A stretch of DNA of 64,000 nucleotides. It comes from Candidatus Latescibacterota bacterium. Its GTDB lineage: Bacteria; Latescibacterota; UBA2968; UBA8231. Both the position numbers and the translations under genes were made by a program. The stretch lies in the NCBI GenBank assembly GCA_965242865.1, contig CBDETK010000008.1, positions 32,001 to 96,000 of the forward strand, written 5' to 3'. The notes beneath the pieces are model-generated. The model did not search any database. It saw nothing but the letters and a program-made list of their open reading frames with translations, and was not told the origin of the DNA. Of this stretch, positions 1-9,866 are shown one piece after another; within the stretch, counting starts at the first letter, position 1; every line of letters begins with the position of its first letter.

Positions 1-243
1 CATCGTCCCCCACCCGGGGCGCCGAGATGTCGATCCAGTCGACCATCGTCACGGAATACGCGAATGAGCACGAATGCTCCAAACTGCCGGGCCCTCGCCG
101 ACTCCCTCTCCAATCCCGACCTGCGAGCTGGCCGTCGACAGTGGCACGCTCGGGACGAATAGCCGCAGATCAGCGCCACGTTTCGTGGATGATGGGTATA
201 ATCCCTGCGGGGAGGCTCCTCGCCCCGCCCGCGGAGGTGTGCT

Positions 244-1377
244 GTGCTGAGAAACCAGATTTCAAGACTCTTGCTTGTCGGCGTGTTCGCGTTCGTTGCA
301 GCGGCCGCCTATCAGTCGCTCAAGACCGAGGTCTTGATGGCGAACGCGGCCAATCGCTTGCTGGTGTCGCTGGACCGGATGCAGCGCATGGGAACCGTCT
401 TCCCGATGGACGCGCCCGAGCGTGAGAACTGGCACTACTTCCCCGAGACGGGGTTCGCTGACGAGTACGGTTACGTGCGGAACGGAATCACGTTCAAGGA
501 CATGGATCCCAAGCAGCGCCATCTCGCTTACGGACTCCTCAGCACGGGCTTGGGCCGCGCCGGGTTCGTCAAGGTCATGGATGTCATGGCCTTGGAAGAG
601 ATCGTCCGTGTGATTGAAGACGACACCACCGGGTATCGCGACACCGAGCGCTTTCATTTCACCGTGTTCGGGAAGCCGTCGATGACCGGGGACTGGGGCT
701 GGCGTGTCGAGGGGCATCACGTCTCGCTGCATTATGCGATTCGCGATGGCGTCCTCGTCGCGACGACCCCGACATTCCTCGGAGCGAATCCCCATGAGGT
801 CCCCCAAGGCTTGCACAAAGGGATGCGCGCCCTCGAACGCGAGGAGGACCTTGCCCGCGCCCTGCTAGTTTCCTTGGACGCGAGCGGTCGCAAGCGGGCG
901 ATCTTCGACAAGCAGGCACCCTATGACGTCGTGACCATGGCCGACAAGCGAGCGGAGTTGGAGGGTTCTCCTCAAGGCATTCCCGCCTCCGATCTGAGCG
1001 ACGGACAGTACGAAGACCTGCTCGGACTGATCGGCGAGTACGCGAGCGTCATGCCGCCCGAGATCGCAGCGAAGCGAATTCAGGAGGCTCGGGGAACGCC
1101 ACGGGACCAGCTCTTCTTCGGGTGGGCCGGAGATATCGACCGGCCCGCGGCCAAGCCGATCGAGATCGGCAGCAAGACTACGGAGAATCGGCATCTAGCA
1201 GGCAACTACTACCGCATCCAGTCGCCCACGTTCTTGATCGAGTACGCGAACACGCAGAACCAGAGCAACCACAGCCACGCTGTCTGGCGGGATTTCGAGG
1301 GCGATTTCGGTCGAGACGTGCTGGCGGCCCACTTTCGCGGAGTCGGGCATGGCGCGGAGCCGCTGCTCGCGGACTGA
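244..1377 (+). CDS. DUF3500 domain-containing secreted protein
   Basis: Signal peptide; family motifs WGWRVEGHHVSL, TPTFLGANP, YYRIQSPTFLIEY and NHSHAVWRD..GDFG; TATAAT at 197-202 upstream. Confidence 0.85.
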   Translation: MLRNQISRLLLVGVFAFVAAAAYQSLKTEVLMANAANRLLVSLDRMQRMGTVFPMDAPERENWHYFPETGFADEYGYVRNGITFKDMDPKQRHLAYGLLSTGLGRAGFVKVMDVMALEEIVRVIEDDTTGYRDTERFHFTVFGKPSMTGDWGWRVEGHHVSLHYAIRDGVLVATTPTFLGANPHEVPQGLHKGMRALEREEDLARALLVSLDASGRKRAIFDKQAPYDVVTMADKRAELEGSPQGIPASDLSDGQYEDLLGLIGEYASVMPPEIAAKRIQEARGTPRDQLFFGWAGDIDRPAAKPIEIGSKTTENRHLAGNYYRIQSPTFLIEYANTQNQSNHSHAVWRDFEGDFGRDVLAAHFRGVGHGAEPLLAD

Positions 1378-1943
1378 TTGAGGCCATCGCGTTCGGAGAC
1401 GCGATCAGTCCATCAGAGCCAGGTTGCGTGCCGACGACAGTCCGCCGCGGAATCCCGCAAGCAATCGCAAACGCGAATCCCGTTGGCTCCTGCTGCTTGC
1501 AAGCATCGGGCGAGTCGTCTGCGTTCGGCTGACTGCATCGCAAGAGGTGTTCGGGGTGCTCCGCGCAGTGCCGGGCGTGGTGCGACACGGACAGCTTCCG
1601 GCCGCGTCCCAATGGAGCCGCAGAGCGATTCGTGATCGTGGTTTACCCTCACGCATAAAGTGTTGCATCGGGTGATGCTGGGCAGTGCGCGGAATCGACT
1701 GGCCGCCGCCCGCGAAAGCCCCGCGACTGGGCCGGGTCGGCCCTTTCGCTTCTGGTGCAGGACGCAAGACTCTCGCTCAGGCCCTGCAGCCGAAACCGGG
1801 CAGTCCGAGCATTGATCTTGCTCCCGCTTGGAGCATCGCCTCAGCGTTGCTACTGTATACTGGGTCCAAGGCTTGGAGTAGTCTAGCGACTTGGACAGCG
1901 TGGCCAGTCCAAGATCCCGAGAGGTGCTCCGATCGGAACCGAC

Positions 1944-2240
1944 ATGAGGAAGATTAGCTTCTCCGTCAACAGCCACCCGTACGAGACAGAGTCAACCGGA
2001 ATGACTGTTTCGGAGGTGCTCGGCCGTAACGCTAGCTTCGTGCTTGGCTGCCTCTCAAGTGCGGCAAGGTGTGCCACAAGTTGTTCAGTAGCCGAGAGTA
2101 CAGCGCAAGGAAACCAATACCGGTGTCCATTCATCCGCGGGTCTACCAGCAATTCTCCACCAACAGAACCGCAGGGCGTATCCGAAAACATCCGAGACCG
2201 GATATTTTCGGTACTTCGTCGACCGAAAGGACTTTACTGA
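1944..2240 (+). CDS. small ORF, possibly a degenerate multi-ubiquitin-like (beta-grasp) protein
   Basis: N-terminus MRKISFSVNSHPYETESTGMTVSEVL resembles prokaryotic multi-ubiquitin domains; stop overlaps the ATPase start (TGATG at 2238-2242); the rest looks degenerate. Confidence 0.3.
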   Translation: MRKISFSVNSHPYETESTGMTVSEVLGRNASFVLGCLSSAARCATSCSVAESTAQGNQYRCPFIRGSTSNSPPTEPQGVSENIRDRIFSVLRRPKGLY

Positions 2241-3496
2241 TGAGTACAATCACAGAGCTACGAATCGGGAATGTTCGATGCTTCGACGGACTACAGTCTG
2301 TCTCCACTCGTAGAATTACCATCCTAGTAGGTGAGAATCGTGCTGGAAAATCCACCGCTCTTGGTTGCTATCGTGCGCTTGCTGAAATCGCAAGCCTAGC
2401 TGGAAGCGGCGAACCGAACTACTTTGGGCGGGCTCCATTCTGTATGGGAGACTTTGATAGTATTGCTCGTTCAGAGAGTCCTAGTTTCACAATAGGTGGA
2501 AGATTCAAAGGGCACTTCTATCCAAAAATCACGGTCCACTTCGTTCCCGACACGAATAGAAATCCGATTGCCAAGAAGGTGAGACTCGAATCAATGAAGG
2601 CGGGAGAGAACTATCAAATGCTCGAGATGGAACTGGTCAACGATTTCAAGGCCTTGCGATTCACAAGTCCCGATATCTGTTTTGATCTTGACTGTCGCGA
2701 TATCTCGAATGCGCCGATCTTGATATGGTTATCACAGTACGCAAATCATGGTTGCATTCCGTACGATGGAGAATTAGAGAAGCTGAAGGCACGAGTAGGT
2801 CCGGGGGTGGTAGAGAAAATCGCCCCAAAATTTGCAAAATTGATGACTATTCTTCGATCCGATCTACCGTTGCCAAATCAGCATTCATTCTTCGTTGAAG
2901 CTCTTAATGTGTCAACTAGAGAACGACTCCGTTCGTATTCGAGTGTGCCAGACTATTCGAGCAATATGTCAATAGATCACTCAGATCATCTAGCTAATGC
3001 AGGCAGAAATCTAAAGCTATGGGCGGACATTTCAATTCGCCATAACCCTGAAAATGGACGCAATGAAGTGTCAGTAAAGACACCGAGTGGATGGCAAGAC
3101 TTGGTCAATGTGGGGCATGGAGTACAGAGTATTCTGCCTTTATTGTCCGCATTATATGACCAGAAGAAGCCGACGACATTCGTACTACAACAACCAGAAT
3201 TTCAACTGCACGCGTCAGCCCAAGCGAACCTAGCCCAAATTATGGCTGAAAGCGAACACAAATTCTTGATTGAGACCCACAGTGATCACATTATTGATCG
3301 CTTCAGAATATGCGTCATGGAGGGAAAACTTCAGCCCGACGAGCTTTCCATCGCTTACTGTGCATTGAGTGCCGATGGCAGAAGTTCTCAGATTCACAAC
3401 TTGGGGGTAGATGAAGATGGCAATCTATTAAATGTACCGAGAGGATATCGCTCTTTCTTCATGGAAGAAACCAAACGTCTGCTGGGGTTCCAATAG
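2240..3496 (+). CDS. ABC-type AAA ATPase (AAA_15/AAA_21) with DUF3696-like C-terminus, putative defence/TA ATPase
   Basis: Walker A GENRAGKS, signature VGHGVQSILP, Walker B-like VLQQPE..LH, IETHSDH, C-terminal DEDGNL..P.G..FF; lower GC; RBS AAAGGA before ATG 2240. Confidence 0.85.
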   Translation: MSTITELRIGNVRCFDGLQSVSTRRITILVGENRAGKSTALGCYRALAEIASLAGSGEPNYFGRAPFCMGDFDSIARSESPSFTIGGRFKGHFYPKITVHFVPDTNRNPIAKKVRLESMKAGENYQMLEMELVNDFKALRFTSPDICFDLDCRDISNAPILIWLSQYANHGCIPYDGELEKLKARVGPGVVEKIAPKFAKLMTILRSDLPLPNQHSFFVEALNVSTRERLRSYSSVPDYSSNMSIDHSDHLANAGRNLKLWADISIRHNPENGRNEVSVKTPSGWQDLVNVGHGVQSILPLLSALYDQKKPTTFVLQQPEFQLHASAQANLAQIMAESEHKFLIETHSDHIIDRFRICVMEGKLQPDELSIAYCALSADGRSSQIHNLGVDEDGNLLNVPRGYRSFFMEETKRLLGFQ

Positions 3497-3509
3497 AAAG
3501 GTCAGTTTG

Positions 3510-3890
3510 ATGCATGCAGTCGCGATAGCAGATACAAACTTGTTTTGGATACTCGTACCGCGACCTAAGCAGTGCAAGGATCCCTGCTTGAGTACTTGGA
3601 TCGAGGAAGGACATGGTGTTCTCGCTTACCCTCGCCAAGGGGTTACTTCACTGAACTTGCGCAGAGCGAGCGGTGAATGCTCTACCTTTGGAAATGCCGC
3701 CAGCGCTTGCACTGGAGGTCGAGCCTTCCCGACGTTACGCGTGCAGCATGGTGCTGGGCGAAGACGCTTTTCGGACAAGCAACGGGATCTGGAGGCGTTC
3801 GCCAACTTCGCCATCCCGCTGCCGCACCCGATCGACGCAGCACCTAGCCCGACGCTGCCAGATGCGCCCCCCAAGCTGAGTCCCGTTTAG
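3510..3890 (+). pseudogene. degenerate PIN-like partner of the ATPase
   Basis: Starts MHAVAIADTNLF (PIN-like hhhDTN) after an RBS; protein-like sequence seems to continue in another frame near 3640 (GYFTELAQSER*MLYLWK) with an internal stop. Confidence 0.4.
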
Positions 3891-4309
3891 CGGTCTGGAG
3901 TCGCGACGGGCTTCGCGACAAAGGGACGGGGGCGCCTATACGGAAGATACTCGGAACTCGCGCTTCGGTGCTTGCGGGGACAATTCCGCGCCAAGCGCGA
4001 GTCAGCCGGTTTGGGCATCGCCCCTGTTCGCGTGACCCTGGCCCTCGTCAGTTTCTCGACATGGCTACGCACTCGATTGGTCCGGGCGGTTGAGCGAGTC
4101 TGCTGAGCGCACCGACTTGCTCGTGCCTCCATCATTCGGTCTTGCTTGGATCAGTCTTCGCTGTGGATCGTGGAGAGCCTTGGCAAACGTGTATCGGCCA
4201 CGACCCGTGCTCCGCCCGCTCCTTCTCCTCCACGAACGACGACATCGATGAGTACCAAGCACACGCCCAGAATCCGTCTGGCACCGCTGTGCGAAACTCT
4301 GATTGAACC

Positions 4310-5548
4310 GTGCATCGGCCCGCAGTGCCGGTTCTCCCCATGCCGCCCCTGCGCTTCGAAGAAGCCCGCAACGCCGTGTTTGAGCGCATCCGCGCCCTCA
4401 GGCAAGTCCCCGCTACCGAGACCGTGCCCTTGGACGCGGCCGCGGGCCGGATTCTCGCAGAGGCCGCCATCGCGGATCGGGACTACCCGCCATTCAACCG
4501 CTCGGCCCGCGACGGCTTCGCAGTCATCGCCGCGGACGTAGCGGAGGTGCCCGCGACGCTGGAACTAATCGGCGAGACACGCGCCGGCGAGCCCTCGCGG
4601 TTCACCCTTGAACGCGGCCAGACTGTCGAAATCATGACGGGAGCGCCCGGTCCGCGCAATGCCGATGCCGTGGTCATGGTCGAGCACTCCAGCCGGACCG
4701 GCAAGGCAGTTACGTTGCACCAGCCAATCACCTCCGGCCGCAACCTCATCGAGGCCGGATCCGAGGTGTCTCGAGGCAGTTGCGTACTAAACTCCGGAAC
4801 GCGGATCGACTACCCGCAGACCGCCGTGCTCGGAACGGTCGGGTGCGCAGCCGTGTCGGTGTACCGGCAACCGGAAGTGGCGATCCTGTCGACCGGGGAC
4901 GAGGTGCTGCCGGTCGAATCCGAGCCGGAGCCCTACCAGATCCGGAACTCGAACGCCCATTCCCTAGCCGCTCAAGTCCGGCGCAGGGGTGGCGTTCCGC
5001 GAATCCTGCCCGTCGCGAGGGATCGGCTTGACGAGACCCGGCAACGCCTCGAAGAGGGCTTGCGCAGCGACTTGCTGCTGCTCTCCGGGGGTGTCTCGAT
5101 GGGCAAGCACGACTTGGTGGAAGGCGTGCTCAGGGACTTGGGCGCGGAGATCGACTTCACCTCGGTGCGCATCCAGCCCGGCAAGCCGCTCGTGTTCGGG
5201 CGGGTCGGCGACACGCCGGTATTCGGCTTGCCCGGGAATCCCCTGTCGACCATGGTCACCTTCGAAGTGTTCGCCTCGATAGCGGTCGACTTGCTAGGTG
5301 GCGCGAACGAATCCCCGTTGCGATTCCAGCGGGCGCAGTTGGCCGAGCCCTTCCGCCACAAGCCCGTCCTTACGCGCTTCATCGGCGCGCGCCTGTCCGG
5401 CACCTACGGAAGCGCGACGGTGCGTCCTGACAGGGGCCAGGGTTCCGGCGATGTCGTTGCCTTCGCCCGCGCGGATTGCCTGATGGTTGCGTCGCAAGAA
5501 CGCGAATCGTGGGAAGCTGGCGAATGGATCGAGGTCATGCCACTATGA
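4310..5548 (+). CDS. moeA: molybdopterin molybdenumtransferase
   Basis: [36 protein letters not shown] and GLPGNP motifs. Confidence 0.95.
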   Translation: MHRPAVPVLPMPPLRFEEARNAVFERIRALRQVPATETVPLDAAAGRILAEAAIADRDYPPFNRSARDGFAVIAADVAEVPATLELIGETRAGEPSRFTLERGQTVEIMTGAPGPRNADAVVMVEHSSRTGKAVTLHQPITSGRNLIEAGSEVSRGSCVLNSGTRIDYPQTAVLGTVGCAAVSVYRQPEVAILSTGDEVLPVESEPEPYQIRNSNAHSLAAQVRRRGGVPRILPVARDRLDETRQRLEEGLRSDLLLLSGGVSMGKHDLVEGVLRDLGAEIDFTSVRIQPGKPLVFGRVGDTPVFGLPGNPLSTMVTFEVFASIAVDLLGGANESPLRFQRAQLAEPFRHKPVLTRFIGARLSGTYGSATVRPDRGQGSGDVVAFARADCLMVASQERESWEAGEWIEVMPL

Positions 5549-6009
5549 GCGGGCTATCGCACTTCGACGAGAGCGGAGCGGTCTCGATGGTGGATGTCGG
5601 CGCGAAGCCCGCCACCCGTCGTGTCGCCACGGCAAGGGCGTTCGTCGCGATGAGCCGGGAGGTGCTGGCCGCGCTCCCCCGGAACCCCAAGGGCAATCCG
5701 TTGGAGGTGGCTCGCATTGCCGGCATCCAAGCCGCCAAGAGAACCGCGGATTTGATACCGCTGTGCCATCCCCTGCCGCTGTCTCATGTGGACGTGACCG
5801 CCGAAGTCGAAGAGAGCGGCGTCGTGGTCACTGCGACCGCTGCTACCCAAGCGGCCACCGGCGTCGAGATGGAGGCGATGACGGCGGCGTCTGTCGCTGC
5901 CCTGACGGTGTACGACATGTGCAAGGCACTCGACAAGGGAATTGAAATCCGTTCGATCGTCCTGATCGAGAAGGCCGGGGGCAAGAGCGGGCATTACGTC
6001 CGGCCCTGA
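5545..6009 (+). CDS. moaC: cyclic pyranopterin monophosphate synthase
   Basis: [40 protein letters not shown]; ATGA overlap with moeA. Confidence 0.96.
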   Translation: MSGLSHFDESGAVSMVDVGAKPATRRVATARAFVAMSREVLAALPRNPKGNPLEVARIAGIQAAKRTADLIPLCHPLPLSHVDVTAEVEESGVVVTATAATQAATGVEMEAMTAASVAALTVYDMCKALDKGIEIRSIVLIEKAGGKSGHYVRP

Positions 6010-6048
6010 GTCCGCCGCCGGTGGGCTAGACTGAACATCGAGCGGGCG

Positions 6049-7221
6049 ATGACCGGATCCCGACCCAACTGCCGACCGTTGATCTGGCTGCTGGTCGCGC
6101 TGACCTGCAGCGCGGCGACAGCGTTCGGCCAAGACGACGGGAACCTGTTCGATCCCGAGACGCTGTTCGAGTCGGACCAGCCCGCGATCTTTCTGGAGGA
6201 CATCGACCAGGTAACGGTGCCGGTCACGGTGCGGAGCCCCAAGGGCGAGTACATCCACGACATGATCAAGGGGGATTTCACGATCTTCGACAACGACGTC
6301 GAACAGGAAGTCGTGGGATTCGACGTGAGCTTCCTGCCGATCTCGATGGTGATCTGCGTCCAGACCAGCGACCGTGTCGAAGGGATCCTAGGCGATATCC
6401 GCAAGACCGCCTACTTGTTCACGGAATTGGTCCTCGGCGAGCACGGAGAGGCGGCGGTGCTTACGTTCGACAGCCGCATCAGGTTGATGCAGGACTTCAC
6501 GAATGACACCAAGAAGATCGACGAGGCTCTCAAGACGATGCGGATCGGCACGTCCGCGGTGGCCATGGCCGACGCTGTCTACAGCGCCATCCGCATGCTC
6601 CTCAAGCGGCCGCAGCACCATCGCAAGATCATCGTCCTGATTTCGGAATCGCAAAACAACGGGAGCCGCATCGGGCTCGGGGAGAGCCTCCGCACGGCGC
6701 AGCTATACGACATGACGTTCTACGCGGTGCGGCTGTCGACGCTTTCGGCGCGACTGCGTCGTAAGCCGGAGGTCCGTCCTCCGAACATCCCGGCCGGGGT
6801 GGTCGTGCGACCGACCATGCCGGGCACGCCCAGCACCCCGACCGCCCAGCAGCAGAGCAGCTACTCCATCACGCCGAACATGATTCCGATCATCATCGAC
6901 CTCGTGCGGGGCGTGAAGAATCTGATCTTCGACAACCCGCTCGAGATCCTGGCGGACGGCACGGGCGGGCGGGACTTCAGCCCGCGCACGACCAGCGGAG
7001 TGCAGGAATCCATCATCAAGATCGGCGAGGATATCCGCAGCCAGTACCGCTTGAGCTACAACCCCAACAACCTGAACGAACGCGGGATCTATCACCGGAT
7101 ACGGGTCGAAGTGCCGTATGACAAGCTGCGCTTGCGCCACCGCGTGGGCTACTTCCACGGCCCCACGCCAGTCCTCGATGGCGAGCCCGCCGAGCCGGAC
7201 GTGGTGACCGACTCCCAGTAG
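6049..7221 (+). CDS. acidobacterial-type VWA domain protein, secreted
   Basis: Signal peptide; VTVPVTV..KG....DFTIFDN, LA..TGG and IRSQYRLSY.P architecture. Confidence 0.85.
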   Translation: MTGSRPNCRPLIWLLVALTCSAATAFGQDDGNLFDPETLFESDQPAIFLEDIDQVTVPVTVRSPKGEYIHDMIKGDFTIFDNDVEQEVVGFDVSFLPISMVICVQTSDRVEGILGDIRKTAYLFTELVLGEHGEAAVLTFDSRIRLMQDFTNDTKKIDEALKTMRIGTSAVAMADAVYSAIRMLLKRPQHHRKIIVLISESQNNGSRIGLGESLRTAQLYDMTFYAVRLSTLSARLRRKPEVRPPNIPAGVVVRPTMPGTPSTPTAQQQSSYSITPNMIPIIIDLVRGVKNLIFDNPLEILADGTGGRDFSPRTTSGVQESIIKIGEDIRSQYRLSYNPNNLNERGIYHRIRVEVPYDKLRLRHRVGYFHGPTPVLDGEPAEPDVVTDSQ

Positions 7222-7413
7222 GGACTCCGACGGTCGACTGCGGCAGACGGGCCTCTTGCCGAGGTGGTGATCGATTCGTAGAGCGAATCGGCTGACCCCT
7301 GCTCAGTGGATCGGGCTTCCGGAGTTGCAGGCCAATACGCGGTAGACCGGGGGCGACTCGCTCGCCCCGGGGTGCTGTTCGGAATCCAGTGGGCAGGGCT
7401 TAGGATAAGTGCC

Positions 7414-9735
7414 ATGCACGACATGACCGTGGCCACTGCGGTTCTGCACCGGTCCACGCTTGTATTCCTTGCGGCCACGGGGCTTTGCGGCTTGGCCCGC
7501 GCGCAACAGGCGCCTCTGCAGGGGGGAGGGTCGACCGTTGAAATCAATGTTCCGTTGATGGATGCAGGTTCCGCTGTCTTGTGGGCGTATCGTCCTTTTT
7601 CGTACCAATCCGTATCCCAGTTTGCCAGCTTGGACTCCACGAATATCTCCGTGGCGACTAGGCACTCGTTGAACACCGCGGACCTGCCCAAGTACCGCAC
7701 CTTAATCGACTTAGTCGGCGAGTCCCTGTTCCCTTCGTTCCCTCAGGTCTCGATCACCGATCCGCCGCCCAATGCTTCAGGTGTGATTCTCGACGAACCT
7801 GTCAGCGGAACGACCATAGCGGGCTTCATCATCGGACTTCCACCGAACCTCGGTCCGTTCTTGTCATTCGGGCAGCCGCAAATCCTCGCCCAAGCGCTCG
7901 GATTCTTTCCTGCGACCAATCCGGCTGCCGGTTCCGGGCGCTGGCACGGGCAGGTCCTTGGGATCGATATCGGCCAGGGTGAGACGCGTGGCAATCAGAT
8001 CCTCGGCGACGTCGCTATCTTTCTGGAGGACTTTACGGACCCGCACGTCGATGTCCAGTTCAGCGGCCTGCTTGATGTCGTAACCGGAAACGATCACCCG
8101 GTCATCCAGCGAAGGGGTATTCCCGTGGAGCACGGGTTTTTCGAAGTAGCGGACGCCGACGGTGTTTTGCGCGGACGATTTTTCGGGCCGGCGAGCGAGG
8201 AAGTGGGCGGCGCGTTCGCTATCGAATCGATACTCGGTGCATTCGGGGCCACGCGAGTCAATGACACACTCATCCCGGACAGTGATGGCACTGACGCGGT
8301 ATATCCGAGGCTTGTGATCGCGCCGACCGAGTCCGCGGCATCGATCGCAGTGGGTTTCGATGCAGGGGTGCGCTTCCAGCGAGGAGCTGCGAGCACATCG
8401 CGGGTGGGGTTGGATTATTCGGCAGCGGATAGTACGCGCGCCCTTGACGGGCAGGCGAGGTTGTCAACAGTCTGGCTCGAGGACGGCCAAGCGTACGTGT
8501 ACCGTGATAGCTTTCAACGCGACGACACGTTGGACCATACGTCCCTTAGAGGCCTCCTCATCGGCCCGTCCGATCAGGCCCGCGTGTATTCCGGCGGCTT
8601 GGCAGCAAACATGAATCCACCTACCGGCGGCGCAACTTGGGTCGGCGCGGTCGCGGCCATGGATCCTCTGGATCGGGCGACCACGGTGAGCGGCGACGCG
8701 CTGGTGCATATTGATGACTTCGCCGATCCGGTTGCCTTCGTCGCGCTGACTAACTTGCGGGAAGACGGCTCGGGGCGGCCGCGCCACGACATCTACTGGA
8801 ATCGCGTTCCGGTCAGGCGTGGAGCATTCCATGGCAAGACCACTGGAGGCTGGATTCGCGGCAGATTCCACGGCCCGACTGGGGATGGAGTCGCGGGAAC
8901 CTTCTTTCGGCCTGCGCTCACCGGTGCCTTCGGAGCGTCCCGGTCGCCGCAGCAGACAGGTCAAGGTATGACTGATGGAAGCATACCGACTGTTGGGACG
9001 GCCGCAACCGCGTTCCAAGTGATTGGCCGCGTGAGCGGGTCCGCAGTGCCATTCGACTCCCGGCTACGCCCAGTGCATGGAGAAGCAGGAGAAGTGGCAT
9101 TCTCAATCGCAGAGCATGCCTACAGGGTCGCGGCTCTTGGAACGCCGCTACCAACTTTCGAGTGGGTCGAAGAAACGCGCTCGGCATCCCTGCATTGGCT
9201 CGGCACGATCCTTGGAGGCGAACTGACAGGGTCTGAGGAACTGCCGGACGGAGACAGTTCCTATACGCTGCGACCGCTGCCCGATGGCGGTTTCGGCGTG
9301 TTGCGCTACGACAGGACTGGACCCGAGGATACGCGACTGACGCTGACCGCAGGCTTCGCATTCGGCGCAGCGCAACTCAGCAACCCCGTCGGCGGCGCTG
9401 CTACTTGGACGGGCGACGTGCTCGGCTTCGACATCACCGATGGCGAAACTTCCGGGAATCAGGTTGGGGGCATCGCCACGCTGACGATCGGAGACTTCGC
9501 GGATCCGATGGTCGATGTCGCGTTCACGGGCTTGCAAGACATGCAGACCAGAACGGCAATTGCCGATATGGCATGGTCCGCCGTGCCATTGGAGCGCGGC
9601 GGGTTTCGATCAGAGGGCCATTCCGGAGTGATCGATGGCCAGATGTACGGCACGGATCATTCGCACGTGGGCGGTGTCTTTGAGCGCGATGGGATCGTCG
9701 GTGGATTCGGTGCCCGTCGCGGATCCGCGCCTTGA
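7414..9735 (+). CDS. secreted protein with three tandem TbpB/transferrin-binding-like C-terminal beta-barrel modules
   Basis: Three repeats of W.G...G.D...G...I.DF.DP..DV.F..L...G.F.GP...VGG.F....G.FGA.R; signal peptide; start chosen at the ATG 7 nt after TAGGAT (7401-7406). Confidence 0.75.
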   Translation: MHDMTVATAVLHRSTLVFLAATGLCGLARAQQAPLQGGGSTVEINVPLMDAGSAVLWAYRPFSYQSVSQFASLDSTNISVATRHSLNTADLPKYRTLIDLVGESLFPSFPQVSITDPPPNASGVILDEPVSGTTIAGFIIGLPPNLGPFLSFGQPQILAQALGFFPATNPAAGSGRWHGQVLGIDIGQGETRGNQILGDVAIFLEDFTDPHVDVQFSGLLDVVTGNDHPVIQRRGIPVEHGFFEVADADGVLRGRFFGPASEEVGGAFAIESILGAFGATRVNDTLIPDSDGTDAVYPRLVIAPTESAASIAVGFDAGVRFQRGAASTSRVGLDYSAADSTRALDGQARLSTVWLEDGQAYVYRDSFQRDDTLDHTSLRGLLIGPSDQARVYSGGLAANMNPPTGGATWVGAVAAMDPLDRATTVSGDALVHIDDFADPVAFVALTNLREDGSGRPRHDIYWNRVPVRRGAFHGKTTGGWIRGRFHGPTGDGVAGTFFRPALTGAFGASRSPQQTGQGMTDGSIPTVGTAATAFQVIGRVSGSAVPFDSRLRPVHGEAGEVAFSIAEHAYRVAALGTPLPTFEWVEETRSASLHWLGTILGGELTGSEELPDGDSSYTLRPLPDGGFGVLRYDRTGPEDTRLTLTAGFAFGAAQLSNPVGGAATWTGDVLGFDITDGETSGNQVGGIATLTIGDFADPMVDVAFTGLQDMQTRTAIADMAWSAVPLERGGFRSEGHSGVIDGQMYGTDHSHVGGVFERDGIVGGFGARRGSAP

Positions 9736-9825
9736 TGCAGAATAGACTGACATCACTGGCAAACTGCGCTTTCCGCCGGACCGGGGCGGTGGCACGAGGC
9801 GCAACGCGCTAACGGCGGCGGTCGA

Positions 9826-9854
9826 TTGCTGACAGGGGCTCCGTAAGGTATAGT
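9826..9854 (+). promoter_or_regulatory. putative sigma70 promoter of the macro-domain gene
   Basis: TTGCTG-N17-TATAGT, 12 nt before ATG 9867. Confidence 0.5.
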
Positions 9855-9866
9855 GCAAGTCGGGCC

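Noticed and set aside
1-110. Possible 5' end of a minus-strand gene running off the window (…MVDWIDISAPRVGDD)
   Set aside because: Too short to identify or support.
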